DNA of 64,000 bases. It comes from Trueperaceae bacterium (GTDB taxonomy: Bacteria; Deinococcota; Deinococci; Deinococcales; Trueperaceae). Shown in pieces: positions 17,982 through 28,186 of this stretch. The notes below the pieces were generated by a model, which was not told the DNA's origin, searched no databases, and was given only the letters and a program-made list of their open reading frames with translations. The stretch is taken from NCBI GenBank assembly GCA_965215565.1, contig CBDCDZ010000004.1, forward strand, positions 2,656,001 to 2,720,000. The letters run 5' to 3'. How positions within the stretch are numbered: position 1 is the first letter of the stretch; the number at the start of each line of letters is the position of its first letter. The position numbers and the translations under genes were made by a program.

Positions 17982-18721
17982 TCAATCAAAAGGGCGGCGT
18001 CGGTAAGACGACAAGCGCCATCAACCTTGCTGCCGCACTTGCGGAGAAACGCCGTGTTTTACTTGTAGATTTAGACCCGCAGGGTAATGCAAGCAGCGGC
18101 GTCGGTATCCGCAGCCCTGAACGCACCATTTATGACGTTTTGATCGGTGATATGTCGGCGCGGCGCGTAATTGCGGATACCGAAATCGAAAAACTCAAAG
18201 TCATGCCCGCTTCCGCTGATCTCTCAGGCGCAGCCGTCGAACTCGACGCGACAACCGAGAATTTCAAACTCCTTACCAAAGCGCTCATCGGTGTGCGTCC
18301 AAACTTCGATTTTATCGTACTGGACGCGCCGCCTTCGATTGGCGCACTGACGCTCAACGGTCTCGTAGCGGCGGATCAGCTTATTATCCCTTTGCAGACA
18401 GAGTATTACGCTTTGGAGGGTATCGCAGGCATGATGGACACGGTGGAGCGGATGCAAGACTCCTTGAATCCGAATTTGCAGGTCTTAGGTATCCTGCTCA
18501 CCATGTTTGACAGCCGCACACGTTTATCACAAGAGGTTGAAGAGAATGTTCGTGAGCACTTCGGCGATTTGGTTTTCAAATCGGTGATTCCTCGCAACGT
18601 CCGCCTCGCCGAAGCGCCTTCCTATGGTCAACCGATTTACGCCTACGCGCCGACCTCGTCTGGCGCAACCGCTTATCGCCAACTCTCCGAGGAGGTTATC
18701 GAACGTGCCAGCCAAGCGTAG
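17963..18721 (+). CDS. parA: Chromosome partitioning ATPase ParA/Soj
   Basis: NQKGGVGKTT, DLDPQGNA, IPRNVRLAEAPS; TTG start with GGAGG RBS. Confidence 0.96.
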   Translation: MPTIGVINQKGGVGKTTSAINLAAALAEKRRVLLVDLDPQGNASSGVGIRSPERTIYDVLIGDMSARRVIADTEIEKLKVMPASADLSGAAVELDATTENFKLLTKALIGVRPNFDFIVLDAPPSIGALTLNGLVAADQLIIPLQTEYYALEGIAGMMDTVERMQDSLNPNLQVLGILLTMFDSRTRLSQEVEENVREHFGDLVFKSVIPRNVRLAEAPSYGQPIYAYAPTSSGATAYRQLSEEVIERASQA

Positions 18722-19547
18722 CAGCTTAGGCAGGGGGCTCGACGCTCTGCTGCCGAAAACCGAAAAAGACAAGGATAAAGGCGTAGACCAACTCCCAGTG
18801 GATACGCTCTCGGTCTCGAGCTACCAACCCCGCAAATACATCGACCCCGAAGCGATAGCAGAACTTGCCAGTTCAGTCGCCCAAAAAGGGATTTTGCAAC
18901 CGCTTTTAGTGCGCCCTCTGGAAAAAGGCTATGAAATCGTCGCAGGTGAACGACGTTTCCGGGCAGCGCAACAAGTCGGACTTAAAACGGTTCCCGCCAT
19001 CATCCGCGACCTTACGGATAGGGAGACGCTTGAGATTGCCATTATCGAGAACGTTCAACGCGAAAACCTCAACTCGGTGGAGGAGGCGCAGGCGTTCAAG
19101 CAACTGATGGATTTTGGCATGAATCAAGAAGAGGTTGCTAAGGCGGTGGGGAAGAGCCGTAGCGCAGTAGCGAACACCTTGCGGCTGCTCCAGTTGGGGG
19201 ACGCGGCGCTGTCAGCGCTGGAAAAACGCACCATCAGTGCGGGACACGCACGGGCGATTCTGGCACAGCCTGAAAGTGATAGGACGTGGGCGCTCGAGCG
19301 TATCCTCGATAACAATCTCTCGGTACGCGAAGCTGAGGGGTTGAAACGTCAGATGATCACCTCTTCAAGTCAGTCAAGCAAGAAAGACACATCGGATGGG
19401 CGCTACGCTCATATAGAAACAGATTTAGCGCGGCAGATCGGTACGAGAGTAAAGGTCCTGGGCGGCAATAAGGGTAAAATTGAGCTTCACTTTCACTCGC
19501 AGGATGAGTTACAGCGGTTGCTCGAGCTGCTCCACTATCAGGCTTGA
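18705..19547 (+). CDS. parB: Chromosome partitioning protein ParB/Spo0J
   Basis: GTG with GGAGG RBS; LGRGLDALL, IVAGERRFRAA, VGKSRSAVANTLRLL. Confidence 0.96.
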   Translation: MPAKRSSLGRGLDALLPKTEKDKDKGVDQLPVDTLSVSSYQPRKYIDPEAIAELASSVAQKGILQPLLVRPLEKGYEIVAGERRFRAAQQVGLKTVPAIIRDLTDRETLEIAIIENVQRENLNSVEEAQAFKQLMDFGMNQEEVAKAVGKSRSAVANTLRLLQLGDAALSALEKRTISAGHARAILAQPESDRTWALERILDNNLSVREAEGLKRQMITSSSQSSKKDTSDGRYAHIETDLARQIGTRVKVLGGNKGKIELHFHSQDELQRLLELLHYQA

Positions 19548-19563
19548 TGTTTCACGTGAAACA
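19548..19563. promoter_or_regulatory. parS site 3
   Basis: Perfect TGTTTCACGTGAAACA directly after the parB stop. Confidence 0.95.
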
Positions 19564-19699
19564 CCCTCACTAACTCACCTTAGATTCAGTTTGTACTTCG
19601 CGAGCTTGTCCCCATAAGCTCGCATTTTGGTGGTGTTAGGATAAGCAAGCCAAAAGGCGAAAGTTCAATCTAAATCAAGTCATTTCAGAGGAGAAAAAC

Positions 19700-20677
19700 A
19701 TGAAACAACCTGTACGTGTTGCCGTCACTGGGGCGGCTGGGCAGATCGGTTACGCGCTGCTTTTCCGCATCGCTTCGGGCGACATGCTCGGCAAAGATCA
19801 GCCCGTTATCCTGCAACTTTTAGAGATTACGTCCGCTTTAGATGCGCTTCAAGGCGTCGTGATGGAACTTAATGATGGAGCCTTCCCACTTCTGCACGGT
19901 ACGACCACTTCAGACGACCCGAATGAGGCGTTCAAAGAGGTTGATCACGCCTTACTCGTCGGTTCTAAACCTCGCAGCAAAGGGGAAGAACGCGCTGCGC
20001 TCTTAGAAGCGAACGGGAAGATTTTTACAGGCCAGGGAAAAGCGCTCAACGACAACGCAAGCCGCAACGTCAAGGTGCTTGTTGTTGGCAACCCCGCCAA
20101 CACAAATGCGCTCATCGCCATGAAGAACGCGCCTGACTTGGACCCCAGGCAGTTCACCGCGATGACCCGTTTAGACCACAACCGCGCTTTAAGTCAACTT
20201 GCCACAAAAACCGATTCGCTGGTGAGTAACCTCAAGAAAATGATTGTGTGGGGGAACCACTCGAGCACCCAAGTCCCCGACCTCAGCCACGCTACCGTAG
20301 ACGGTAAAGCGGCAACTGAACTCGTAGACGAGTCTTGGGTACGTGATGACTTCATCCCCACTGTGCAAAAGCGCGGCGCGGCGATTATCGAAGCGAGGGG
20401 GGCGTCCAGCGCCGCCTCTGCTGCCTCCGCCGCGATTGACCACATGCGCGACTGGGCACACGGCACACCTGAGGATGATTGGGTCAGCATGTCCATCCCG
20501 AGCGACGGTTCTTACGGTGTCGAAGAGGGCATCATCTACTCGTTTCCCGTGACGGTTAAGAATGGCTCTTATGAAATTGTGCAAGGGCTGGACAACAGTG
20601 AGTTTGTGCAGGAGAAGATGAAGGCGACGGAAGAGGAATTAGTAGGGGAGAGGGATGCGGTTAAGCACTTGTTTTAG
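19700..20677 (+). CDS. mdh: Malate dehydrogenase
   Basis: [36 protein letters not shown]. Confidence 0.97.
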   Translation: MKQPVRVAVTGAAGQIGYALLFRIASGDMLGKDQPVILQLLEITSALDALQGVVMELNDGAFPLLHGTTTSDDPNEAFKEVDHALLVGSKPRSKGEERAALLEANGKIFTGQGKALNDNASRNVKVLVVGNPANTNALIAMKNAPDLDPRQFTAMTRLDHNRALSQLATKTDSLVSNLKKMIVWGNHSSTQVPDLSHATVDGKAATELVDESWVRDDFIPTVQKRGAAIIEARGASSAASAASAAIDHMRDWAHGTPEDDWVSMSIPSDGSYGVEEGIIYSFPVTVKNGSYEIVQGLDNSEFVQEKMKATEEELVGERDAVKHLF

Positions 20678-20737
20678 ATTTTTCAAGAGGCAACGAGAGC
20701 GGGTGCTAAGTCATCCGCTCTTTAACTTGAGCGGTTC

Positions 20738-21310
20738 TTAACGAGTCACAAGCGTTTTTTCTATTTCGTCAAAGATTCCAAATGGTGGTGTTCCGTAAGC
20801 TGCCCGCCACTGACCTCTTAAAGCAACTTGCGGATTTAACTTTGTTGCAGCTTCCATAATTGCTTGAGTTACCTCTTTCTGATTCCTCAAGAAAGAGGTG
20901 AAGAGCGTGGTATGCCGCCCCTGACCTTCAACCACAAGGGCAACGTTGTAGCCTCCAAAATAGTTCATGAGTACCCAAACCTCTTTGACTTGATGCCACT
21001 CTATACGCTTCTCGCTCCATGTACCTTTTCTTCGAAAGTCAGTCAAGTTTACTAAATATTGAGATGAAAATAGAGAAAGAGACAGATACAGCGCCCAAAT
21101 GAAAAAGGGAAGCATTAAAGCATGTGGTAAAACTTCAAAACTCCCCAAGTGTAAGCTCTCAAGGGTCATGTACAATCCACCTATACCCATTACAAATATG
21201 AGGGCTAATTGTAGAGATTTAAAAATACCTTTCTTCGATGTTACGGTTTTCATTACATTTTGACCTTTCCCTATTCTTATAGTGCTATCTATTCTGAGGG
21301 CTTTTGACAT
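20738..21310 (-). CDS. Hypothetical membrane protein (2 TM plus soluble domain), low GC; start may be 21253
   Basis: Two hydrophobic segments; AT-rich. Confidence 0.6.
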   Translation of the reverse strand: MSKALRIDSTIRIGKGQNVMKTVTSKKGIFKSLQLALIFVMGIGGLYMTLESLHLGSFEVLPHALMLPFFIWALYLSLSLFSSQYLVNLTDFRRKGTWSEKRIEWHQVKEVWVLMNYFGGYNVALVVEGQGRHTTLFTSFLRNQKEVTQAIMEAATKLNPQVALRGQWRAAYGTPPFGIFDEIEKTLVTR

Positions 21311-21454
21311 AACTCGAGATAATCAATTTCTCACAGAACTTCGGAGTTATTCCGATGAAGGGATTTTGTGGTATGCTCGAGCTTACGAGGTATTGCAATA
21401 CCATCAACGACGTGAAGCGGTACATATTGCAACATTGAGGAAGGCATTTCGAGT

Positions 21455-21889
21455 ATGAGCGACAAGGAGCAGATTAGAAATACCCTAAAAACTCACGGGC
21501 TACGCTACAGCAAGCCTCGAGAGGTCATCTTGAGTTTGTTCGGCGAGCGCGATATGCACATCAGCGCGGAGCAGCTTTATTTAGAACTCAAGCAGCGCGG
21601 CGAGGACCTGAGCCTTTCTACGGTCTACCTCAACTTGGGCGTGCTGCGCGGCGCGGGGTTGATTCGCGAGTTCAGCGGTGTCGGCGGGGAAGCGCTCTAC
21701 GACAGTAACGTCGGACCGCACCATCACCTTATCTGTAAGCAGTGCGGCGATATTTTAGACTTACCCGAGGTGATGATTCAAGAGGTCTCGCCCAAGCGAT
21801 TTTTGCGTGACAGCGCTGAAAAAGTGTCTGGCTGGCGGGTGGATGAGCCGTCGTTGGATTTGCAGGGGCTTTGCCCGAACTGCCAGTAG
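21455..21889 (+). CDS. Fur/PerR family transcriptional regulator
   Basis: HISAEQLY, LSTVYLNL, HHHLICKQCG, GLCPNC. Confidence 0.92.
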   Translation: MSDKEQIRNTLKTHGLRYSKPREVILSLFGERDMHISAEQLYLELKQRGEDLSLSTVYLNLGVLRGAGLIREFSGVGGEALYDSNVGPHHHLICKQCGDILDLPEVMIQEVSPKRFLRDSAEKVSGWRVDEPSLDLQGLCPNCQ

Positions 21890-21906
21890 CACGATTACTG
21901 GCTGAA

Positions 21907-22458
21907 TCAGAAAACTACAACTGTACTGTCTTTTTTCACTGCACAAGGCCAATGCCCTTGCTCGTACCAATCGAACAAATCCAGGAAAAAGCGGTCATTC
22001 GAGAGGTCTTGAAGGATGATTTCGTCTAAGGCTCCTTCTATATCAACAAATAAAGCAGCTTTAACTGTTCCTCTAACCCCTTGAGGAATAGAGAGAGGTA
22101 CGTATTCGTTGTAGAGGTCAAAAGCTGCGTCCGACAAGGTTTGAAGACCGTGCTGTTTGATCAGGCTTCTACGAATCTCGAACTTATTGTCTATTAGCGC
22201 AATGGTTCCCTCGAGTGATACTTTAATTGCTGAATCCCAGTCCTCAACTCGATCAATTTTCCCTCTACTTTGCTCTTTTATAGGTTTACCGATGTTTGCG
22301 AAGAATTTGATGGCTTCCAAACGCTTCACGAACACTTCAACCTCATGACCGAATTTGCCCAAACGCTCTATCAATACGTCTCTCTCGGGTATTTCGCGGT
22401 TTAACTCGGCTATAGCTCGCTCTATGAGGTCTTGTGGTAGATCATCGTACTTACCCAT
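21907..22458 (-). CDS. Hypothetical protein, low GC
   Basis: 183-aa ORF ending WYEQGHWPCAV. Confidence 0.65.
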   Translation of the reverse strand: MGKYDDLPQDLIERAIAELNREIPERDVLIERLGKFGHEVEVFVKRLEAIKFFANIGKPIKEQSRGKIDRVEDWDSAIKVSLEGTIALIDNKFEIRRSLIKQHGLQTLSDAAFDLYNEYVPLSIPQGVRGTVKAALFVDIEGALDEIILQDLSNDRFFLDLFDWYEQGHWPCAVKKDSTVVVF

Positions 22459-22624
22459 CGGTTTCCCATTGTAGACGATTCTTCTGCTTGTAGCGTCCCT
22501 ATTTTGTGAAGTTCGTTACTCGAGTCCATCCCCATCCCCAAAACCTCGTCAGAATCTAGTAACAAACGTCACGCGCTTACCTTGTACCCTCTTACGCTAA
22601 GTGCTAAAATACCACTTGAAAAGG

Positions 22625-22642
22625 TTGTGAAAAGCCGCACGA
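22625..22642. promoter_or_regulatory. Possible Rex operator upstream of nuoA
   Basis: TTGTGAA-AAGC-CGCACGA resembles TTGTGAA-N4-TTCACAA; weaker half-site at 22504. Confidence 0.4.
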
Positions 22643-22688
22643 GGCGGCGCGTTTTGGCGTAAGCTTAGGATAACTCGAGAGGAGTTCT

Positions 22689-23036
22689 ATGTACCTTCAC
22701 CTGCTGATGATGTTTTTAGCCGCCGGTCTCATCGGCGCACTCGCGCTGATGGTTGGGGCGCTCTTAGGTCCGAAGATGTCGAGCGAGACGAAGCTCGCCG
22801 CGTATGAGTCGGGTATCCCCGCCGCCTCAACCGCCCGCGAGCGTTTCCCCGTTCACTTCTACCTCGTCGCGATGCTCTTCATCATCTTCGATATCGAGAC
22901 GGCGTTTTTCTATCCGCTAGCGGTCAAATTTCAGGCGCAACCTCAATTTTTGTTCGTCCAAGCCATTATCTTCGTGGTGATTTTGGCGATTGGGTACATC
23001 TATATATTGCGAAAAGGTGTATTGGATTGGAGATAG
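22689..23036 (+). CDS. nuoA: NADH-quinone oxidoreductase subunit A
   Basis: AYESG, RFPVHFYLVAMLFIIFDIE, KGVLDW. Confidence 0.96.
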   Translation: MYLHLLMMFLAAGLIGALALMVGALLGPKMSSETKLAAYESGIPAASTARERFPVHFYLVAMLFIIFDIETAFFYPLAVKFQAQPQFLFVQAIIFVVILAIGYIYILRKGVLDWR

Positions 23037-23044
23037 CTGTTATA

Positions 23045-23120
23045 GCAGGTATCATTTGGTCACAGACGCTCTCACTAAAAAAGCCGCCGATTGACCCTCA
23101 CACCAATAGATGATACTTGC
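23045..23120 (-). repeat. Dispersed 76-bp element, copy 2
   Basis: GCAGGTATCATTTGG...AGATGATACTTGC. Confidence 0.8.
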
Positions 23121-23162
23121 GTATTTCTTTAAGCAGCTAGTACCCGATCCTTGAAAGGACTT

Positions 23163-23699
<537 letters not shown>

Positions 23700-23700
23700 G

Positions 23701-23775
23701 GCAAGAAGGTAAAAGAGAAAAGGTAAAAGATAAAAGTAAATTCTTTCCTCTTTCCTCTTTCCTCTTTCCTCTCCA
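23701..23775. repeat. Heptamer-repeat hairpin (AAAAGGT/AAAAGAG ... TTTCCTC)n
   Basis: Period-7 purine arm followed by a complementary pyrimidine arm. Confidence 0.65.
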
Positions 23776-23790
23776 TAGACAGAGCTGCTC

Positions 23791-24402
23791 ATGAGCTTAG
23801 TCGAGCAAGTAACAGAAACGCTCAAGAGCTTAGACGGTAAGCCCGGTGAGTTCAAAGGTATGGTCAGCGTGACGGTAGGGAAAGAGAACATTGTGGCGGC
23901 GGTTGAGTCGGCGAAAGAAGCAGGCTTCGAGATGATTTCGGATGTGATGGGGATCGACTACCTCACCTATCCGGGGCATCAGGGGAAGCGCTTTTCAGTG
24001 GCTTATAACTTATATAGCGTGTCGAAAAATGAGCGCATCTTTATCCGGGTGAACGTGGATGACGGGGAGACGCTGCCTACGATCAACCATCTTTGGAAGG
24101 GCTCGAGCTTCATGGAGCGCGAAGTCTACGATATGTTCGGCATCGAGTTCGAGGGACATCCCGACCTGCGCAAGATCATCACGCCCGAAGATTTGGACGG
24201 ACATCCCCACCGCAAAGACTTTCCGTTAGGGGAGACGCCGACCCTGTTTAACGAGGGGCGCTTTTTAGACCCCGCCTCGTTCCGCGCTGGCATGACGGGC
24301 GAAGATACAGGCATGACGGGCTGGCGCGGCGGTGTGCGTAAAGGCGTTGAAAACACGGACCAAGCTCTTCATAAGGCAACAGGGGAGACGGGAGACAAGT
24401 AG
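23791..24402 (+). CDS. nuoC: NADH-quinone oxidoreductase subunit C
   Basis: [31 protein letters not shown]. Confidence 0.96.
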   Translation: MSLVEQVTETLKSLDGKPGEFKGMVSVTVGKENIVAAVESAKEAGFEMISDVMGIDYLTYPGHQGKRFSVAYNLYSVSKNERIFIRVNVDDGETLPTINHLWKGSSFMEREVYDMFGIEFEGHPDLRKIITPEDLDGHPHRKDFPLGETPTLFNEGRFLDPASFRAGMTGEDTGMTGWRGGVRKGVENTDQALHKATGETGDK

Positions 24403-24404
24403 AT

Positions 24405-25643
24405 ATGGGCGTAATTTCAGGACAAGCCGGACACGTACCCGACGCAACCACCCAAGATACGCCGGGGAGCGAATTCGAAACCAAATACATGCGTCTCAAT
24501 GTCGGACCGCAGCACCCGAGCACGCACGGCGTCTTGCGCCTGGTTGTTGACCTAGATGGCGAGCGCATCGCCACGATTAAGCCGCAAGTCGGCTACCTCC
24601 ACTCCGGCTTCGAAAAGACGATGGAGAACCGCACCTACCAGCAGGGCGTGACCTACTCGAACCGGATGGACTACCTGCACGGCTTCGGGCACGACTTGGC
24701 GTATGTCCTCTCGGCGGAAAAGCTCGTCGGCGCAGAAGTCCCTGTCAGAGCGCAGCAGGTTCGCGTCATCCTCACCGAACTCAACCGCGTGGCGAGCCAC
24801 CTCATCTTCTTCGGGACGGGCATTCTCGACCTCGGCGCGTTGACGCTCTTTTTCTACACGATGCGCGAGCGCGAGCGGATTTTGGACCTCTTCGAGATGG
24901 TCTGCGGCGTGCGAATGAACTACGGGTACTTCCGGGTGGGCGGGCTCTCCCGCGACATCCCCGAAGGCTTCACGGACGCAGTGCGAGGCTTCCTCAAAGA
25001 CTTCCCCAAGATGCAGAAGCAGTACGCTACTCTCTTCGTAAAAAACGACATCTTCGTGAACCGCACCAAAAACGTCGGCGTGATGGACAAGGAGACGGCG
25101 CTCGACTATGGGTTGACCGGACCCTCGCTCAGAGCGAGCGGCGTACCTCTCGACTTCCGCAAGGCGCAGCCCTACAGTGGCTACGAGAACTACGAATTCA
25201 ATGTACCAACGTCCACCGAAGGCGATGCTTACCACCGCTTCATGCTCCGCTTCGAGGAGATGGGGGAGAGTCTTAAAATCGTGGGGCAAGCGCTCGACCA
25301 GTTGGAAGAGGGACCCGTCAAAGACCCCGACCGCCGCATCTCCTTGCCGCCCCGTAGTGAGCTAGAGAACAGCATGGAAGCGGTCATCTTCCACTTCAAG
25401 CTCGTGACCGAGGGCTTTCACCCGCCGCGCGGCGAGGTATACGTGCCGACCGAATCCGCACGCGGCGAACTCGGCTACTACCTCATCTCGGACGGCGGCT
25501 CGATGCCCTACCGTGTGAAGGTGCGCGTGCCGAGTTTGATTAACTTGCAGTCCCTGGAGCCTACCTGCATCGGTGGACTCTTCGCAGACATGGTTGTGAA
25601 CATCGCGTCGATGGACCCGGTGTTGGGGGATGTAGACAAGTGA
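24405..25643 (+). CDS. nuoD: NADH-quinone oxidoreductase subunit D
   Basis: [33 protein letters not shown]. Confidence 0.98.
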   Translation: MGVISGQAGHVPDATTQDTPGSEFETKYMRLNVGPQHPSTHGVLRLVVDLDGERIATIKPQVGYLHSGFEKTMENRTYQQGVTYSNRMDYLHGFGHDLAYVLSAEKLVGAEVPVRAQQVRVILTELNRVASHLIFFGTGILDLGALTLFFYTMRERERILDLFEMVCGVRMNYGYFRVGGLSRDIPEGFTDAVRGFLKDFPKMQKQYATLFVKNDIFVNRTKNVGVMDKETALDYGLTGPSLRASGVPLDFRKAQPYSGYENYEFNVPTSTEGDAYHRFMLRFEEMGESLKIVGQALDQLEEGPVKDPDRRISLPPRSELENSMEAVIFHFKLVTEGFHPPRGEVYVPTESARGELGYYLISDGGSMPYRVKVRVPSLINLQSLEPTCIGGLFADMVVNIASMDPVLGDVDK

Positions 25644-25828
25644 GAGCTGAACAGGGACGCAATACTGGTTCGAGAGTCGGTCTCGGCATAGTCATCGGCG
25701 CGGGAATTGGGGCAGCAACAGGTGTAGGACTCGGAGTCAGTGTTTGCGTAGCACTTGTTGGTGTTGGCATTGCTGCTGTGATGGGTGGCAAACGCATTGA
25801 TAGCAAACGTGATAACAAAGAGGGGTAG
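25640..25828 (+). CDS. Small Gly-rich membrane protein inserted in the nuo operon
   Basis: GTGA overlap with the nuoD stop; glycine-zipper-like TM. Confidence 0.5.
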   Translation: MRAEQGRNTGSRVGLGIVIGAGIGAATGVGLGVSVCVALVGVGIAAVMGGKRIDSKRDNKEG

Positions 25829-25882
25829 TTAAGAGATGAGGCTCGAGCCAAAGCAGTTTTTAAGGATTGAGTAGGGAAGAGG

Positions 25883-26194
25883 ATGAGCTTACCCTCCACA
25901 CTTGCTTTAATCCTATTCTTCTGTGCTGTGCTATTCGGTTCGCTCATTGTCATGGGCAAAATAATGTACTTTCAGCAAAAAGAAGAAGGAGAGAGAAAGT
26001 ATTCCTGGTGGGGTTTCGCAGTAAGATTCCCAATTTGGATAATCAACGCTTTTATCTTTACTGACTTCGTTGAATCTCCGCTTCTTAAAGCAATGATTCT
26101 TCTTGCCGGCATAGGTATTGCTACAGCTATAGAGGTGTTCCACATGAAGTATTTCAATGAGCAAAGTCAATCCATGAAGGAAACGCAATGGTAG
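25883..26194 (+). CDS. Hypothetical 3-TM protein, low GC, inserted in the nuo operon
   Basis: AT-rich ORF overlapping the nuoE start. Confidence 0.6.
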   Translation: MSLPSTLALILFFCAVLFGSLIVMGKIMYFQQKEEGERKYSWWGFAVRFPIWIINAFIFTDFVESPLLKAMILLAGIGIATAIEVFHMKYFNEQSQSMKETQW

Positions 26195-26760
26195 AAACCA
26201 CGCAACCTTACTTCTCAGACAAGCAAGACACCCTCAAAGAAATCTTAGGGCGCTACCCCGAGTACGGGCAGCGCAGCGCCGTCATGCCCCTCTTGTGGGA
26301 GGTGCAGCGGGCTGAAAAACATATTAGCGAGGCAAGAGTCGAAGAAATCGCACATATCCTAGACCTCAACCCGACGGAGGTCAAAGGGGTGATGAGCTTC
26401 TACTCGACCTATCACGAGCACCCGATTGGCGAGTATCACCTGCAAATCTGCTCGACGCTTTCGTGTTCACTGGCGGGCTCAGACGAGATGTACGACTTCA
26501 TCTCCGAGGAGACCGGGCTCGTGAACGGCGAGACGAGCCGCGACGGGAAGTTCAGCATTCAAAAGGTGGAGTGCTTGGGCTCGTGCGGCACTGCGCCCGT
26601 GTTACAGGTCAACGATGTTTATTACGAGCGCGTTACGAAGTCAGGGTGTCAGAAACTGTTAGACGCCTTTAGAAACGGTGAGATGCCGGAGCCGAGCCGC
26701 GAGCGCGGTGGTGACAACGTAGGACAAGAGAAACCAGAGATTCGGAGCAATGAGCAATGA
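26188..26760 (+). CDS. nuoE: NADH-quinone oxidoreductase subunit E
   Basis: QICSTLSC, VECLGSC (N1a ligands). Confidence 0.96.
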   Translation: MVETTQPYFSDKQDTLKEILGRYPEYGQRSAVMPLLWEVQRAEKHISEARVEEIAHILDLNPTEVKGVMSFYSTYHEHPIGEYHLQICSTLSCSLAGSDEMYDFISEETGLVNGETSRDGKFSIQKVECLGSCGTAPVLQVNDVYYERVTKSGCQKLLDAFRNGEMPEPSRERGGDNVGQEKPEIRSNEQ

Positions 26761-26825
26761 ACAATGAGTTGAAAGTGAAAATCAAAGACTTTTACTCATT
26801 GCTCATTGCTTTTAACTCATTGCTC
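26745..26825. repeat. Heptamer-repeat hairpin (CAATGAG)n...(CTCATTG)n
   Basis: Same family at 33568-33657 and 58580-58690. Confidence 0.75.
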
Positions 26826-26845
26826 TTTCGTAGAAAGGAACTTGT

Positions 26846-28186
26846 ATGAGCGATGCTGTTGCAGAGCGTCCAAAACCAATAACAAGCCGTAAAGATTCGC
26901 GCTTTGAAGTGACGATGTACAAGCACGTGGGCGTGGAGAACGCCTGGGCGCTTGACTACTATCTGGAGCACGGCGGCTACGAAGCGGCGAAAAAGGCTTT
27001 GAAAATGGAGCCGAAAGAGGTTGTGAATACCGTTAAATCGTCCGGTTTACGCGGACGCGGCGGCGCGGGCTTCCCGACGGGGGTGAAGTGGTCCTTCATG
27101 CCTCCCGCCGACGAGCGGCAGCGCTTTTTGGTTTGCAACGCAGACGAGTCGGAGCCGGGCTCGTTCAAGGACCGCTACATCTGCGAGGACGACCCCCACC
27201 AGCTCATCGAAGGTTTGCTCATTGGCTGCTACGCGATTGAGGCGACCATCGGTGTCATCTACATTCGCGGTGAGTACTACAAGGGCTATGACCGTTTGCA
27301 AAGAGCGATTATTGACGCCAGGGAAGCGGGCTACCTGGGCAAAAACATCTTCGACTCAGGCTTCGACTTCGACATCATCTTGCACCGGGGCTCGGGCGCG
27401 TACATCTGCGGTGAAGAGACCTCGCTGATGAACTCGTTCGAGGGGTTGCGGGCGAATCCGCGCTTAAAGCCGCCTTTCCCCGCGCAAGCAGGCGTGTACG
27501 GACGCCCGACGAGCATCAACAACGTGACCTCTTTAACTAGCGTCGTCCACATCATCAACAACGGCGCGGAGTGGTTCTCGAGCATGGGCACGGACGACTC
27601 GAAGGGGACGAAGCTCTATCAAATCAGCGGACCCGTCGCGAAGCCGGGCGTGTACGAACTGCCGATGGGCGCGACCTTCCGCGAGTTGATTTATGACCTA
27701 GCGGGCGGTCCCACCGAAGAGGTCAAGGCGCTCATCCCCGGCGGCTCCTCCACACCGATGCTACGTTTCGACGACGACACGCTCGATACGCCGATGGACT
27801 ACGGCTCCATCACCAAGAAAGGTTCGATGCTCGGGACGGGCGGCGTCATCCTCATCCCGAAAGAGAAGTGCATCGTCAACGCGACGTGGAACCTAGTGCG
27901 CTTCTACGCGCACGAGTCGTGTGGGAAGTGTACGCCCTGCCGCGAGGGAATCAGCGGGTGGATGACGAAGATGTATCAGAAGTTGGTGAAGGGACTAGGG
28001 GAGCCGGGGGACTTGGAGCTTATCGAAAACATGTCCGTCAACATCAAAGGTAAGTCGTTCTGTCCCTTGGCAGATGCGTGTTTAGGCCCAGTTCAGTCGA
28101 GTGTGGAACTCTTCCGCGAAGAATATGTGCATTTAATCGAAAACGGCGAGCCGATGTACCCGAGAGAGGAGTGGTGGGCGGAGTGA
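26846..28186 (+). CDS. nuoF: NADH-quinone oxidoreductase subunit F
   Basis: [42 protein letters not shown]. Confidence 0.98.
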   Translation: MSDAVAERPKPITSRKDSRFEVTMYKHVGVENAWALDYYLEHGGYEAAKKALKMEPKEVVNTVKSSGLRGRGGAGFPTGVKWSFMPPADERQRFLVCNADESEPGSFKDRYICEDDPHQLIEGLLIGCYAIEATIGVIYIRGEYYKGYDRLQRAIIDAREAGYLGKNIFDSGFDFDIILHRGSGAYICGEETSLMNSFEGLRANPRLKPPFPAQAGVYGRPTSINNVTSLTSVVHIINNGAEWFSSMGTDDSKGTKLYQISGPVAKPGVYELPMGATFRELIYDLAGGPTEEVKALIPGGSSTPMLRFDDDTLDTPMDYGSITKKGSMLGTGGVILIPKEKCIVNATWNLVRFYAHESCGKCTPCREGISGWMTKMYQKLVKGLGEPGDLELIENMSVNIKGKSFCPLADACLGPVQSSVELFREEYVHLIENGEPMYPREEWWAE

